Assembly (NCBI GenBank): GCA_963796455.1
Contig: CAWCLO010000010.1
Coordinates: 192,001-256,000, forward strand
DNA from: Candidatus Sulfomarinibacteraceae bacterium
GTDB taxonomy: Bacteria > Acidobacteriota > Thermoanaerobaculia > Thermoanaerobaculales > Sulfomarinibacteraceae
DNA: 64,000 bases
Direction: 5' to 3'
Below, one piece after another: positions 19,336-29,881 of this stretch. Within the stretch, counting starts at the first letter, position 1. Every line of letters begins with the position of its first letter. Under the pieces are notes generated by a model. It did no database searches and was not told the DNA's origin. It saw nothing but the letters and a program-made list of their open reading frames with translations. Position numbers and translations under genes: made by a program.

Positions 19336-20448
19336 TTAGTCCGCGATACGGATCTGATTCTTGCCATCTTCCTTGCCGCGGTACATGGCCAGATCGGCGG
19401 CGCGCAACAGGAGGTTCTTTTTGAGGTCCGTGGTTCCCTGCCGAGGGAGGTGGTGCGGGTAGACGGCAACGCCGATCGAGCTGGTCAGCGGCTGACGCCA
19501 GTAGACCGGACCTTCGGCCCACGAGAAGGATCCCTGGAGAAACCTCGTATCGGCCAATTGGCGCTGAATCGAGGTTGCCACCTCGCAGGCCATCTCGAGA
19601 TCGTGGTCGGGGAGAATCACGACGAACTCGTCCCCGCCATAACGGGCGAGCGTCGCGTTCTCGTCCTCCACCGCCTTGGTCAAGAGATAGCCGAATTCTT
19701 TGAGCACCTGCGACCCGGCAAGGTGGCCGTGGGTGTCATTGACGCTTTTGAAATTGTCGATATCGAGAAAGAGCAAAGCCACCGTCGAACGGGTCACGTC
19801 CGAACGAATCAACTCTTCGCTGAGCCGGTGGTGAAAAAACCGATCGTTGTACAGACCGGTCAGATCGTCGCGACGGGCCATTTCATTGGCCCGCTGGGCA
19901 TCCAGCAGGTTTTCGATCGAGATCGAGGTATAGCGCGCAAAGATCTCGAGCATGTCCATGTTGCGCTCGGTGTAGTGCTTGTTGTCCGATCGGTTGAGAA
20001 GTTCGAGCACACCACACACCGCGCGCTCGATCCGCACCGGCACGGCCACCACGCCGGTTGTGTGAAACTGGTTGTCCTCGTCGATCTTGGAATAGAATTT
20101 TGGATCGTTTTGAGGATCCGCCATCAGATACGGTTCGCCGGTTCGGTAGACGTGCCCGACCACACCCTGGTCGGCAGGTACCGAGTTGCCGATCAGACCG
20201 GCGCCGGTTGGACCGAATGCCGCCACGAAGTAGAGCATGGTTTCCGAGGGCTTCTCGTGCTTGTCAACCGGCCGGTCCATGAGGATCGATCCCGCCATCG
20301 ACGGGACGAAATCGTTGGCCTTGCGGAGGATCTCACCGAGAAACGACGGCAGCTGCAGCTGTGACATCGCAAACGCGGAATAACGTTTGCGGTCGAGGAA
20401 GGGCTCAAGATCGCCCAACGGAAGGCTGTAGACCTCGGGTGGGCCCAT
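19336..20448 (-). CDS. GAF-GGDEF diguanylate cyclase
   Basis: GAF domain, DDLTGLYN, DIDNFKSVNDTHGHLAG, RYGGDEF, ADLAMYRGK. Confidence 0.93.
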   Translation of the reverse strand: MGPPEVYSLPLGDLEPFLDRKRYSAFAMSQLQLPSFLGEILRKANDFVPSMAGSILMDRPVDKHEKPSETMLYFVAAFGPTGAGLIGNSVPADQGVVGHVYRTGEPYLMADPQNDPKFYSKIDEDNQFHTTGVVAVPVRIERAVCGVLELLNRSDNKHYTERNMDMLEIFARYTSISIENLLDAQRANEMARRDDLTGLYNDRFFHHRLSEELIRSDVTRSTVALLFLDIDNFKSVNDTHGHLAGSQVLKEFGYLLTKAVEDENATLARYGGDEFVVILPDHDLEMACEVATSIQRQLADTRFLQGSFSWAEGPVYWRQPLTSSIGVAVYPHHLPRQGTTDLKKNLLLRAADLAMYRGKEDGKNQIRIAD

Positions 20449-20460
20449 CTATCGATCGTA

Positions 20461-22134
20461 TCACGCACGCCGCATCAGACCCCGGAGACGCTCTTCAAGA
20501 TCAACCACGGTCTCGGTGTGATCGGCTCGCCCAGGAGCAAAACGAATCGCCTCGAGCTCACGGCGAAGCCGGTTCATCTCTTCCTCCAAGGGGCGTCCCT
20601 TGGGACGATCCCTGGCGTCGAGCCACCACCGCTCGAGGGCGATATGGAGCTCGCGCGCCCGTTCGGCGGGACTCTCCCCCGATCGTCTCGGTGGCAAGCC
20701 CGAACGGCGGCGGCGCGAGATGATCAGTGGTACGACGCCGCCGGCCAAACCACCGAGCAACAAAGCGCCGGCGATCCAGACCCAGGTCGGAGTTCCGCCT
20801 ACGGCTACGCCCGGTGCATCTTCGGAGACGGCTTCTTGTTCTTCCGCCGCTTCAGGCGTTTGGTCCGCGCTCGCGACCGGGGCCGGTGTGGGCTCCGGTG
20901 CAACCACCTCGAGGTGCAGAGGACCGATGGTCTGTTTCTGATAGGTACCCGCTGAGGGGTCGAAGACCGCCAACTGCACCGGCTTGAGTTCGAGGGCTCC
21001 CGGGATCCGCGGTACAAGAGTCATGCTCCAGGTCCGTGATCCGTGGATTCCCTGTGCGTCGACCTTGAAATTGCTGTCTTCTTCTGGTGGGTAGGTCTCA
21101 CAATCGGTGCAATTCGGCCACAGCGCCGGCGCCTCGACCATCGGCAGGTTGCCGTTGCCGCGTAGTCTGATCGTGACGACCGCCGACTCACCGAATTTGA
21201 TGGTCTTCGGCTCGACGCTCGCGGTGTAACGCAGGTCGCCCACCGCGCCGGCAAAGCCGTCGGTCATCGGTGGTCTGGAGGAGACCTCGATCACGCGTTC
21301 CCGCGACGACCGTTCCACCACCTGTTGCGGCCCGAAGACACTGGCATTGCGGAAACCGATTCGTGCCGACACCGAGGGCACGCTGACACTGCCGGTCTTG
21401 AGCGGGACCAACACGTTGCGGGCGACTACGAATCGATTGAAACGCACACCGTCCACCTCGACGACCTCGCCCGCGATCCGCTCCGGGGGCTCGACGCGTT
21501 GTGCCCACCAGCCCGGAAAAGCGGGCGGCGTCACCCATTCGAATCCATCGGGCGCGCCGGCGGTTGTGTCGAGCACGATGGTGGCGATGACGGTCTCACC
21601 GAGCGCCACCTCTTGGTGAGTCACGAGTTGGCGAAGCGCGACCCGAACCGAGCGCGCGGGTTGTCGCCGTCCAAAGAGATCTTCGAAAGGATCCGAGCCA
21701 AAGGGCGATCGACCGCGGCTGCGGCGCTGGGGCACCACGCTTCCGGGTACGACCTCGGCGGCTACCCGTTCGGCGGTCAACACCTGTTCCCCGAGCGTCA
21801 CCGTCACCGGACCGAGCGAAGCCTTGCCCACCGATTTGCCCTGCAGCACATAATTGAAGCTGACCGACCGGGTCGACGCACCGTTGACCCACGAAAACTC
21901 GGTATTGGTGGACGGACCAGAGACGATCTCGAGGTTGTTCAAATCCCCGAGATCCACTTCCGGGTTGCCGCTCGGCTCGGTGATGCGGACCGTCAACCGA
22001 GCCACATCCTCGATTCCGAATTCGCGCGGATCGAGGCGCACTTCCAGACTCGACTCGACGGCACCGAGACCCGCAGCGAGTAGCACCGCGGCGGCGGCAA
22101 ACCCGAGCACCATCCCGGGTCGAGGTCCCATCAC
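20461..22134 (-). CDS. batD: BatD family protein
   Basis: Signal peptide, repeated Ig-like BatD domains (GAVG, GNGNL), C-terminal TM; lies in the MoxR/Bat operon. Confidence 0.85.
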   Translation of the reverse strand: MMGPRPGMVLGFAAAAVLLAAGLGAVESSLEVRLDPREFGIEDVARLTVRITEPSGNPEVDLGDLNNLEIVSGPSTNTEFSWVNGASTRSVSFNYVLQGKSVGKASLGPVTVTLGEQVLTAERVAAEVVPGSVVPQRRSRGRSPFGSDPFEDLFGRRQPARSVRVALRQLVTHQEVALGETVIATIVLDTTAGAPDGFEWVTPPAFPGWWAQRVEPPERIAGEVVEVDGVRFNRFVVARNVLVPLKTGSVSVPSVSARIGFRNASVFGPQQVVERSSRERVIEVSSRPPMTDGFAGAVGDLRYTASVEPKTIKFGESAVVTIRLRGNGNLPMVEAPALWPNCTDCETYPPEEDSNFKVDAQGIHGSRTWSMTLVPRIPGALELKPVQLAVFDPSAGTYQKQTIGPLHLEVVAPEPTPAPVASADQTPEAAEEQEAVSEDAPGVAVGGTPTWVWIAGALLLGGLAGGVVPLIISRRRRSGLPPRRSGESPAERARELHIALERWWLDARDRPKGRPLEEEMNRLRRELEAIRFAPGRADHTETVVDLEERLRGLMRRA

Positions 22135-23879
22135 CAGTCCTTCTCGACCTTGCCGGGTTTCGGCGTCGGAGACCGCATGGCGTCGCGTGCCTCGGCCTCG
22201 GCCCGATCGAGAGCCGCATAGAGCGGTTGGTTGGGATCCGGAGTCGGGGTCGGCGCCGCTCCCTGGCCCTGTGATGGAGTCGGCGTCGGAGACGGTTCCT
22301 GGTCTTCTCCCTGTTGTTGCTCCTGATCCTGTTGCTGCTCCTGGTCCTGATCCTGCTCTTGCTGCTGTTGTTGTTCCTGTTCTTCGCGCAGCTTGAGAGC
22401 GAGTTCGTAGTTGTGCTTGGCCTGCAAATCGTTCGGATCGGCCAACATCGCACGCTGCAACCAGTGCAGGGCCTGATCGAGCTGTTGTCCCGAGAGCGCG
22501 GCGGTCCCCGAGTTGTAGGAAGCGCCGGCCACTCCTCCCTGATCGGCCGATGAGAGCAGCGGCGCAGCCCGCTCCAGATCGCCGGAAGCCGCAAGGGTGG
22601 TCCCGAGATCATAGAGACGTTCGGGGTTCTCAGGCTCGAGTTCAGCGGCGCCGGCAAAGGCCTTTGTTGCGGACTCGAGATCACGGGCCTGATACTGCTG
22701 GCTGCCTCGCCTCGCCAACCGCCGGCCTCCACCCGGAATGAGTCGTTGCCACCACGAGGCCGGTGGCAATGGGGCCGGCTCGGCGCGCTCGCCGGGGGGC
22801 GCTCCCTGCACTCTCGGTGGGGAAACTGCCGATGCATCCTGTTGTGCCGAGGCACCACCGGCCCAAAGCACACAGATCAGTCCCGCGGCGGCAAAACGAC
22901 GCCACGGCGACAGGGCAAAACCGACGAAAAGGAAGAGGGCCGCAAACCCCAGGAAGATCGGGAAGCGCTCGACGCGTCGAATCGAATTGCTCTCTTCCAC
23001 CTCCCTGGTCTGGAGATGGGAGATCGCGGCCGCGATCTGCGACACAACATCGGTCTCGTTCAAACTCACCACCTCGCCATCCACCTCGTCGGCGATCTCG
23101 CGCAAAACCTCAGGGTGAGCGCGGGTCACAACCGGTTGACCACCGCTGTCGCGTTTGTAGTGAACCCCTCCCTTACCGTCCGACTCCGGGATGGGTCCAC
23201 CGCGTTCGGTCCCCGCCACGATACCGAGCAGACCGACGCTGGCATCAAGCAATGAGGAAATTGCCGTTTCGACGTCACCCTGGAGATTCTCGCCATCGGT
23301 GAAGAGCATGAGGACCCGTCCGTCGCCCTCTTCAGGAAGCAGTTCGATGGAGCCCGCCACCGCCCGCTCCAGATTGGAGCCCGGCAGGGCGACCATCCCT
23401 GGTTGCACGCCCTCCAAAAAAACGGCGATTGCGCCGAGGTCCCTTGTCAGCGGCACCAATGGATAGGATTCGCCGGCGAAGATGACGACCGCCATGCGAT
23501 TGCCCTCAAGAAGCGGCAACAGCCGCTGTAGCGTCTCGATGCTGCGGGCAAGACGCGACGGCCTCACGTCTTCACACAACATGGAATCGGAAAGATCCAG
23601 CGCCACCACGAGGTCACGAGTTCGAACCGTCTCGACGGCCGGAAGCTCACCCCATTGCGGTCTCGCCAAGGCGACAACCAACAGGACCGCCGCCCCACAC
23701 CAGGCCAGCAGCCGCAACAAACCCGTCGATGGAATGCCACCGAGGAGTCGTAGCCACACCCCGGGCGCAGCCAGGCGCCGCTGTTGTTCGATCCGCCGGC
23801 GGTGCCGCAGCAACGACAGCAGGATCGCCACAACCGGGATCGCCAGCAGTGTGAGCCGAAACGGTTCCGCAAAACTCAC
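22131..23879 (-). CDS. batB: BatB/BatC-like vWA + TPR protein
   Basis: ALARPQWG, ALDLSDSM...PSRL, VPLT, LFTDGE, TPR (YNSG...AKHNYELAL), Gln-rich linker, C-terminal KDW. Confidence 0.85.
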   Translation of the reverse strand: MSFAEPFRLTLLAIPVVAILLSLLRHRRRIEQQRRLAAPGVWLRLLGGIPSTGLLRLLAWCGAAVLLVVALARPQWGELPAVETVRTRDLVVALDLSDSMLCEDVRPSRLARSIETLQRLLPLLEGNRMAVVIFAGESYPLVPLTRDLGAIAVFLEGVQPGMVALPGSNLERAVAGSIELLPEEGDGRVLMLFTDGENLQGDVETAISSLLDASVGLLGIVAGTERGGPIPESDGKGGVHYKRDSGGQPVVTRAHPEVLREIADEVDGEVVSLNETDVVSQIAAAISHLQTREVEESNSIRRVERFPIFLGFAALFLFVGFALSPWRRFAAAGLICVLWAGGASAQQDASAVSPPRVQGAPPGERAEPAPLPPASWWQRLIPGGGRRLARRGSQQYQARDLESATKAFAGAAELEPENPERLYDLGTTLAASGDLERAAPLLSSADQGGVAGASYNSGTAALSGQQLDQALHWLQRAMLADPNDLQAKHNYELALKLREEQEQQQQQEQDQDQEQQQDQEQQQGEDQEPSPTPTPSQGQGAAPTPTPDPNQPLYAALDRAEAEARDAMRSPTPKPGKVEKDW

Positions 23880-24874
23880 CACGGCATCCTCCCCATGACA
23901 CCCTCGAGGAGAGCTCCGGCGAGCACCAGAGCCAGAGCGGCAAAGGCCCACGGTTCAAAACGCTCCCGGTAGCGCACCAGGCGAGTCGAGGTGAAGACGG
24001 TCTTTTCCATGATGTCGATCTGGGCAAAGACCTCCTCCAGCGCCTCCGGATCGCGAGCACGAAAGGAAGCACCACCAGTTCCGCGCGCGATTTCCGCCAG
24101 GAGTTCGGGATTGACCTCGACCTCGACATTTCGGATCTGGGAAATTTCGCGGCCGCTGCGTGGATCGCGCATCCTGACCGGGATCGGGACGGTACCGCCG
24201 CGTCCGACCAGAACCGTGTGGACTGTGATCTTCTCGTCCCGCGCCAGTTCCGCCGCCGTGCGGGGGTCGAGTTGGCCGGCGTTGTTCGAACCATCGGTCA
24301 CCAGGATGATGACCTTGGAGTCCGCGTCCGAGTTGCGCAGACGATTGACCGCCGTGCCGATTCCGAGACCGATCGCGGTGCCATCGGGAAGTGTCCGCAG
24401 CTTGACCTGTTGCAGCAAGTGGCGGGCGACATCGTGATCGAGGGTGAGCGGACAGATGGTGACGGCCGCACCGGCAAAGACCACCAGACCGATCCGATCA
24501 TCCGGTCTCTGATCGAGGAAACCAGCGATGGTTTCCTTGGCCACACCGAGGCGGTCGCTGGGTTGGAAATCAAGCGCAGCCATCGATCCCGAGATATCGA
24601 GGGCAATCACCATGTCGACGCCCTCGGCGTGTTCGAGTTGCCTCGAAAGGACCTCCTGGGGCCTGGCGAGGGAAACCGCGAGCGGCGCGAAGGCCAGGGC
24701 TGCAAGAACGCCCGCCACCACCGTCAAACCGAAAAACCCCCGTCGGCTCTTTTCGGTACGGGCGGTCAGCGGAAATGGATAGCGCTGCCATCGGCGACGG
24801 AGAATCCACACCGCCATCGCCGCCAAGGCGACAGCCATGAGGACGAGCCACCACGGTTCAGCGAGCCGCATCAT
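23876..24874 (-). CDS. batA: BatA-like vWA protein
   Basis: LARPQ, ALDISGSM, DRIGLVVFAG, PLTLDH, GTAIG, LVTDGSNNAG. Confidence 0.9.
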   Translation of the reverse strand: MMRLAEPWWLVLMAVALAAMAVWILRRRWQRYPFPLTARTEKSRRGFFGLTVVAGVLAALAFAPLAVSLARPQEVLSRQLEHAEGVDMVIALDISGSMAALDFQPSDRLGVAKETIAGFLDQRPDDRIGLVVFAGAAVTICPLTLDHDVARHLLQQVKLRTLPDGTAIGLGIGTAVNRLRNSDADSKVIILVTDGSNNAGQLDPRTAAELARDEKITVHTVLVGRGGTVPIPVRMRDPRSGREISQIRNVEVEVNPELLAEIARGTGGASFRARDPEALEEVFAQIDIMEKTVFTSTRLVRYRERFEPWAFAALALVLAGALLEGVMGRMPW

Positions 24875-25812
24875 CCGGCCACCTCCTCTGCCGCCGCTTC
24901 CTGCTCGGGCGAAAGCAGCGCGTCGATAGCTCGAGCGGCCTCGGCCGAGGTCCCGAGAATGGTCCGCATCTCCGATTCATCAGATGGAATCCGTCCGAAG
25001 CGCACCCGGTCGACCGTCGTCATGACGCCGTGAATGCCGCGCTGGATGCCCTCCGGCCAGCCCAAACGACGGACCAGCAACCGGAGCTCGAAGGAGGTCA
25101 TATCTTCGGCCGGCTCGCCGCACTGTCGCTGCAGATAGTGGCGAAGGCCCGAAGCAAGGCGATCACACACGCCTTCGGAGGGCTCACGACCAATTCGGTC
25201 CCCCAGCCGCGACAACAAGTCTTCGAATTCATCGAGCGGGGACACCACCGGCCGACCCGAAACAGCCTGTCCGAGGAGCCGCCGGCTGACACCGAACACC
25301 ATCCACGCAACACCGACCAGCGGCACGAGAAGCAGGGCCACCAGAGGCAGAACCCACTCCCACGGAAACCCGGTGACGCCGACAGGATCACGCAAGGGTT
25401 GGGGCTCCGCATCGCCCTCTTCGGGGAGTACCGAAACCACGGTCACGGCCGGGAGCTTCGCGGCGGAGACCTCAGAGGTCGTGCCGTCGTCTGATCGAAC
25501 CACCGCCAACGGCGACGGCAATTCCAGTTCGCCGAGTTCAAGGGGGGCCACCACAGCCTCCCATGCCGGCGGGCGGGCTTCGGGTATCTCCCGTGGTCCC
25601 TCCACCAATGCCCACCGACCCTCGGCATCGGCGGCGAGCTGCAATTCTCCCCACAAAAGGTTTTCACCACCCCGGGCCACCACTCGGATCGCAACCCGGT
25701 CGCCGACCCGAAAGGTGTCACCCGAGACCATCACATCGAGCGTCGGTTCCTCGGCCGCAACGCCACAGGTCACCGCGAGCAGAACGAGCAAAATGGAAAT
25801 TTCAGTGCGCAC
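24871..25812 (-). CDS. Membrane protein of the MoxR/Bat operon
   Basis: Signal peptide, Ig-like domain, TM, LRHYL...MTSFEL...DRVRF. Confidence 0.75.
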   Translation of the reverse strand: MRTEISILLVLLAVTCGVAAEEPTLDVMVSGDTFRVGDRVAIRVVARGGENLLWGELQLAADAEGRWALVEGPREIPEARPPAWEAVVAPLELGELELPSPLAVVRSDDGTTSEVSAAKLPAVTVVSVLPEEGDAEPQPLRDPVGVTGFPWEWVLPLVALLLVPLVGVAWMVFGVSRRLLGQAVSGRPVVSPLDEFEDLLSRLGDRIGREPSEGVCDRLASGLRHYLQRQCGEPAEDMTSFELRLLVRRLGWPEGIQRGIHGVMTTVDRVRFGRIPSDESEMRTILGTSAEAARAIDALLSPEQEAAAEEVAG

Positions 25813-26692
25813 GCCGTCGCTCCCGACGTTCGAGCATCGATCGCACCGCCGGCAGGTAGTCCTCTCCGGTGTTGAGATCGATCACATCGATGCCCGGAGG
25901 GGGCACTTCGCGCGCAATCCTGCCGGGACCACGGATCACTCCGCGATCGCCGGTTTCGGGATCGATCGCAGGCAACGCCATGGCGCCGGCACCGTTTTCG
26001 AGCAGGGCATCACCAAGACGGACCACCACAACCTCGTGTCGACCGGACAGAGCGATCAGCTCGCGCCGAGGCAGAGGGCAAACCTGGTCGGCAAGGATGA
26101 TGACCACACCACGACGACGTAGCATCCGTCCGGCCGCACCAATCGCCTCGTCGAGAGCGGTTGCATCGCCCCGGGGCTCGGCAGCGAGGATTTCGCGCAC
26201 GACCCGCAGACCGTGGCGCCATCCGAGTCTTGGTGGAATGACTTTCCGGACTCCATCATCAAAAAGGATGGCTCCGACTCGGTCGCGCCGGGCCGCCGCG
26301 AGAGCAAAAAGCCCTGCGACCTCGGCGATGAGGTCGTGCACGGTCATCACCCCGGAACCAAAACGGGTCGAGGCGGAGAGATCAACCAGCAGGAGCACGT
26401 TGAGGTCTCGCTCCTCACGATAGCGTTTAACGTGCAGAAAACCGCTGCGCGCGGTCACGTTCCAGTCGATGGTGCGGACATCGTCGCCCGCCCGGTATTC
26501 GCGCACCTCCTCGAACTCGAGGCCGAGACCGCGAAAAGCGCTCTGATAGTCCCCGGACAGCCCCGATTCCATCGCCTGGCGGGCCCTGATCTCGAGGCGT
26601 CGAACCTGGGCGCGCAGCTCGGCCCCGGCCTCTCTGACCGGCGCCACCGGCTTCGGCCGCCCGAGGTACTTGGAAAACTTAAACCGAAACAC
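25802..26692 (-). CDS. DUF58 family protein
   Basis: GLEFEEVREYRAGDDVRTIDWNVTAR...EER, DLSAS. Confidence 0.92.
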   Translation of the reverse strand: MFRFKFSKYLGRPKPVAPVREAGAELRAQVRRLEIRARQAMESGLSGDYQSAFRGLGLEFEEVREYRAGDDVRTIDWNVTARSGFLHVKRYREERDLNVLLLVDLSASTRFGSGVMTVHDLIAEVAGLFALAAARRDRVGAILFDDGVRKVIPPRLGWRHGLRVVREILAAEPRGDATALDEAIGAAGRMLRRRGVVIILADQVCPLPRRELIALSGRHEVVVVRLGDALLENGAGAMALPAIDPETGDRGVIRGPGRIAREVPPPGIDVIDLNTGEDYLPAVRSMLERRERRRAH

Positions 26693-26763
26693 GACCCGGC
26701 CTCTTCAGGCGCCCACGATTCCTGGGCATCCGATCGTTGCTTGAATACCAGATCCGGCGCTGC

Positions 26764-27747
26764 TCACGGCACCTCCACAGCGAGCAGGATCCGGTCCACG
26801 ATTTCTTCCACTGTCGCCCCCTCAGCCTCCGCCTCGTAGGTAAGTACCAGGCGATGACGGAGGACCGAAGGCGCGAGCTCCTTGACGTCTTCAGGAGTCA
26901 CAAAGGAACGCCCACGCACCAGCGCCAACGCGCGGGAGCCGATCGCCAGGGCGATCGATGCTCGCGGCGAGGCCCCAAAAGACAGCAGTGGCACCAGATC
27001 GCCGAGACCCACATCCGCCGGGGTCCGGGTGGCGGCCACCAGATTGACGATGTATGAACGAATCCGGTCGTCGAGATAAACCTCGCGAACGATTTTTTCG
27101 AGCTCCATGAGCTCCTCGACCGAACTGATCTGCCGGGGCGTCGGAAAAGTCTCACCGAGGTGGTATTCGAGAACCCGGCGCTCCTCTTCGGGCGCGGGGT
27201 AGCCGACAAATACCTTGAAGAGAAAACGATCCAACTGGGCCTCGGGCAAGGGATAGGTGCCCTCCTGCTCGATCGGATTCTGGGTTGCCAGCACGACAAA
27301 GGGCTCGGGCAGATCGTGGGTGGTGTCGCCGATGGTCACCTGACGCTCCTCCATGGCCTCGAGGAGGGCCGATTGAACCTTGGCCGGGGCGCGGTTGATT
27401 TCATCGGCAAGCACCAGGTTGCAGAACACCGGTCCGCGATGCGGCACGAACTGGGAAGTCCTGGGATCAAAAATCTGGGTTCCGGTGACATCCGCTGGAA
27501 GAAGATCCGGAGTGAACTGGAGGCGTTGGAAACTGCCGCCGATGACACCGGCCAGGGTCCGCACCGTCAAGGTCTTGGCAAGACCGGGAACTCCTTCGAG
27601 CAGAACATGACCGCGACACAGCATCGCGACCAGCAGGGACTCGATGAGACGGTCCTGTCCGACGACGACCTCTGCCACCGCACGTTGGATCTCACCGAGG
27701 CGAGCAGCCGCCCGATCGATGTTTCTGTTTTCCGCAGGTGTATCCAT
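26764..27747 (-). CDS. moxR: MoxR family AAA+ ATPase
   Basis: GVPGLAKT, RLQFTPDLLPAD, ADEINRAPAKVQSALLEAM, ATQNPIEQEGTYPLPEAQLDRF. Confidence 0.95.
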   Translation of the reverse strand: MDTPAENRNIDRAAARLGEIQRAVAEVVVGQDRLIESLLVAMLCRGHVLLEGVPGLAKTLTVRTLAGVIGGSFQRLQFTPDLLPADVTGTQIFDPRTSQFVPHRGPVFCNLVLADEINRAPAKVQSALLEAMEERQVTIGDTTHDLPEPFVVLATQNPIEQEGTYPLPEAQLDRFLFKVFVGYPAPEEERRVLEYHLGETFPTPRQISSVEELMELEKIVREVYLDDRIRSYIVNLVAATRTPADVGLGDLVPLLSFGASPRASIALAIGSRALALVRGRSFVTPEDVKELAPSVLRHRLVLTYEAEAEGATVEEIVDRILLAVEVP

Positions 27748-27950
27748 AACTCCTCCATGAGCCAACGGGCCCGCGTCGTTCAGACGCAAAGATCATGCCC
27801 GCACCAGACCTCTTTCACCGGACTCGAACGGCGTCGATTCGACCCGCCGACGCCAGATCGGCAGATTGAACCGCCCAAACCTCCCGCAAGTGTCGCAAAA
27901 ACCCAACATCAAGTAGAGGCATGGCGGCCGGTCAGTTTACAATGATCTTC

Positions 27951-29846
27951 ATGTCTCCGACCCATATCGGACGCTATGAGATCCAGTCGACTCTCGGCCG
28001 CGGTGCCATGGGAGTGGTGTATCTGGCGCTTGATCCGATTATCGATCGCAAGGTGGCGCTCAAAACAATGCGAGTTGACCTCGATGCCGAACACGCCGGA
28101 GAATTCCGCGAACGATTCGTTCGGGAAGCCCGGGCGGCGGGCCGGCTCAACCACCCCGGCATCGTGACGGTTCACGATGTTGGTGAGGACCCCGAATCCG
28201 GGCTGATGTACATCGCGATGGAGTATGTCGAAGGCCAGGACCTCAAATCGATCGCTTCCGAACATCGATTCCGACCCTCGGAGGCTGCACGAATCGCATC
28301 CGATGTCGCGACGGCCCTCGATTATGCCCACGGTCTGGGGGTCATCCACCGGGACATCAAACCCGCCAATATCATCCTCACACCTGACGGTTCCGCCAAG
28401 ATCACGGATTTCGGCATTGCCCGCTTCGAAACCTCGAATCTGACGGTCGACGGGCAATTCATCGGCACTCCCAACTTCATGTCGCCGGAACAGATCACGG
28501 GCAGACAGGTCGATGGGCGTTCCGATCTCTTCTCCCTCGGTGTGGTCCTCTTCAGCCTTCTCACCGGACGCCGCCCATTTGTCGGTGACACCATGCACGA
28601 GGTCACCCTCCGAATCGTTCAAGAACCAAGCCCGATACCGTCCACCCTCAGCGACGAGATTCCGGCCGCGCTGAATCCCATTGTTCTCAAGTGTCTCGAA
28701 AAAAACCCTGACAAACGCTTTCAAACCGGTCGCGAGTTGGCCCGTGTTCTGGCCGCCGTTGCCGGTTCGTTGGTCGATCGAGAACCCGACGACAAAGGAA
28801 GCACGGGTGTGTTCCAGCCCGACCTTGAAACCCGTATCCACGGTGAATCGCCAACCGCGGAGTCGGGGCCAGGGAGGGCGCGGAGCCCGGCCTCGGTTTT
28901 TTCGTTGTGGAAGCGCATTCCAATGCCGGAGTGGCTGCAATGGGAGATCGATCTGCGCTGGTTCCTGGCCCTCTCGGCGGCCATGGTGCTGATCCTGGTC
29001 CTTACCCTGACCATCCTCCGTTCAACCATCGATCGCGGGCCCTTTGCGGCCCCGTCGCTCGCCTCGACAAAGAACCTCAATGGGGTGGTGGCGGCAATGG
29101 ATCGCGCCCGCAGCCAACTGGCCGCCGGTCAACTCGATGCCGCTGAGGCCTCGGCGATGGCAGCAGTCGATCAGGCCCCGACCTCGCCAAAGGCCCGTGA
29201 GTTGGCGCAAAGAATTCACCGGGCGGTGGAGGAGCAGCGAACCAGCGCCGCCAACCAGCTGTTGGTCGCCGAGCTGATCGAGGAGGGCCGCAGGCTCTAT
29301 CGCCGTGAGGATTATCCCGAAGCGGCGGCGCAACTCAGAGAGGCCCTCGAACTCGACCCCAAGAACGAGGTCGCCGCCTCCTACCTCGATCTTTCGCTCG
29401 AACGGATGCGCGCCAGGTCGAGCAGCCGATCAAATCCTTCGAGCACCCGCGGCGCGACCGGTGCGGTTCCGACGACGGAAGCGCCACCTCTCGCAACGCC
29501 CACCGCCGGCATCGCCAGACTCACGCTGTCGTTCGATTCGCCGGTGAGCTCCGGAACGATTCTGATCACCCTCGACGGCGAGTCGTTGTCAGAGATTCCC
29601 TTCGATTTTTCGGCCAAGGCATTTCTCGGGTTCCGCCGCAAGGGAACCGGAACCATCAAACGCGTCGTTCTCACCCCGTCGGGCCGCCACCAGATCGGCG
29701 TTCAACTCATGCGGCCGCAACAGGGTCTGCTTGGATCGAAAGAATTTGGCGTCGAGCTTGCTCCCGACAGCCTATGGTCACTCCGAATCGACATGCCTTC
29801 CGCAACGGCCGCACCGAATTTCTTTCTCGTGCAATCGGCCCGGTGA
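27951..29846 (+). CDS. Membrane-anchored Hanks-type Ser/Thr kinase with TPR and C-terminal extracytoplasmic domain
   Basis: LGRGAMG, VALK, HRDIKPAN, DFGIA, GTPNFMSPEQ; TM; TPR (ALELDPKN). Start codon uncertain. Confidence 0.92.
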   Translation: MSPTHIGRYEIQSTLGRGAMGVVYLALDPIIDRKVALKTMRVDLDAEHAGEFRERFVREARAAGRLNHPGIVTVHDVGEDPESGLMYIAMEYVEGQDLKSIASEHRFRPSEAARIASDVATALDYAHGLGVIHRDIKPANIILTPDGSAKITDFGIARFETSNLTVDGQFIGTPNFMSPEQITGRQVDGRSDLFSLGVVLFSLLTGRRPFVGDTMHEVTLRIVQEPSPIPSTLSDEIPAALNPIVLKCLEKNPDKRFQTGRELARVLAAVAGSLVDREPDDKGSTGVFQPDLETRIHGESPTAESGPGRARSPASVFSLWKRIPMPEWLQWEIDLRWFLALSAAMVLILVLTLTILRSTIDRGPFAAPSLASTKNLNGVVAAMDRARSQLAAGQLDAAEASAMAAVDQAPTSPKARELAQRIHRAVEEQRTSAANQLLVAELIEEGRRLYRREDYPEAAAQLREALELDPKNEVAASYLDLSLERMRARSSSRSNPSSTRGATGAVPTTEAPPLATPTAGIARLTLSFDSPVSSGTILITLDGESLSEIPFDFSAKAFLGFRRKGTGTIKRVVLTPSGRHQIGVQLMRPQQGLLGSKEFGVELAPDSLWSLRIDMPSATAAPNFFLVQSAR

Positions 29847-29881
29847 TGCATCCCGACCGCCCAACCCGGGGCGATTGATTT

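Noticed and set aside
22310..22390. Gln-rich repeat in the BatB-like gene
   Set aside because: Ordinary low-complexity linker of BatB/BatC-type TPR proteins.
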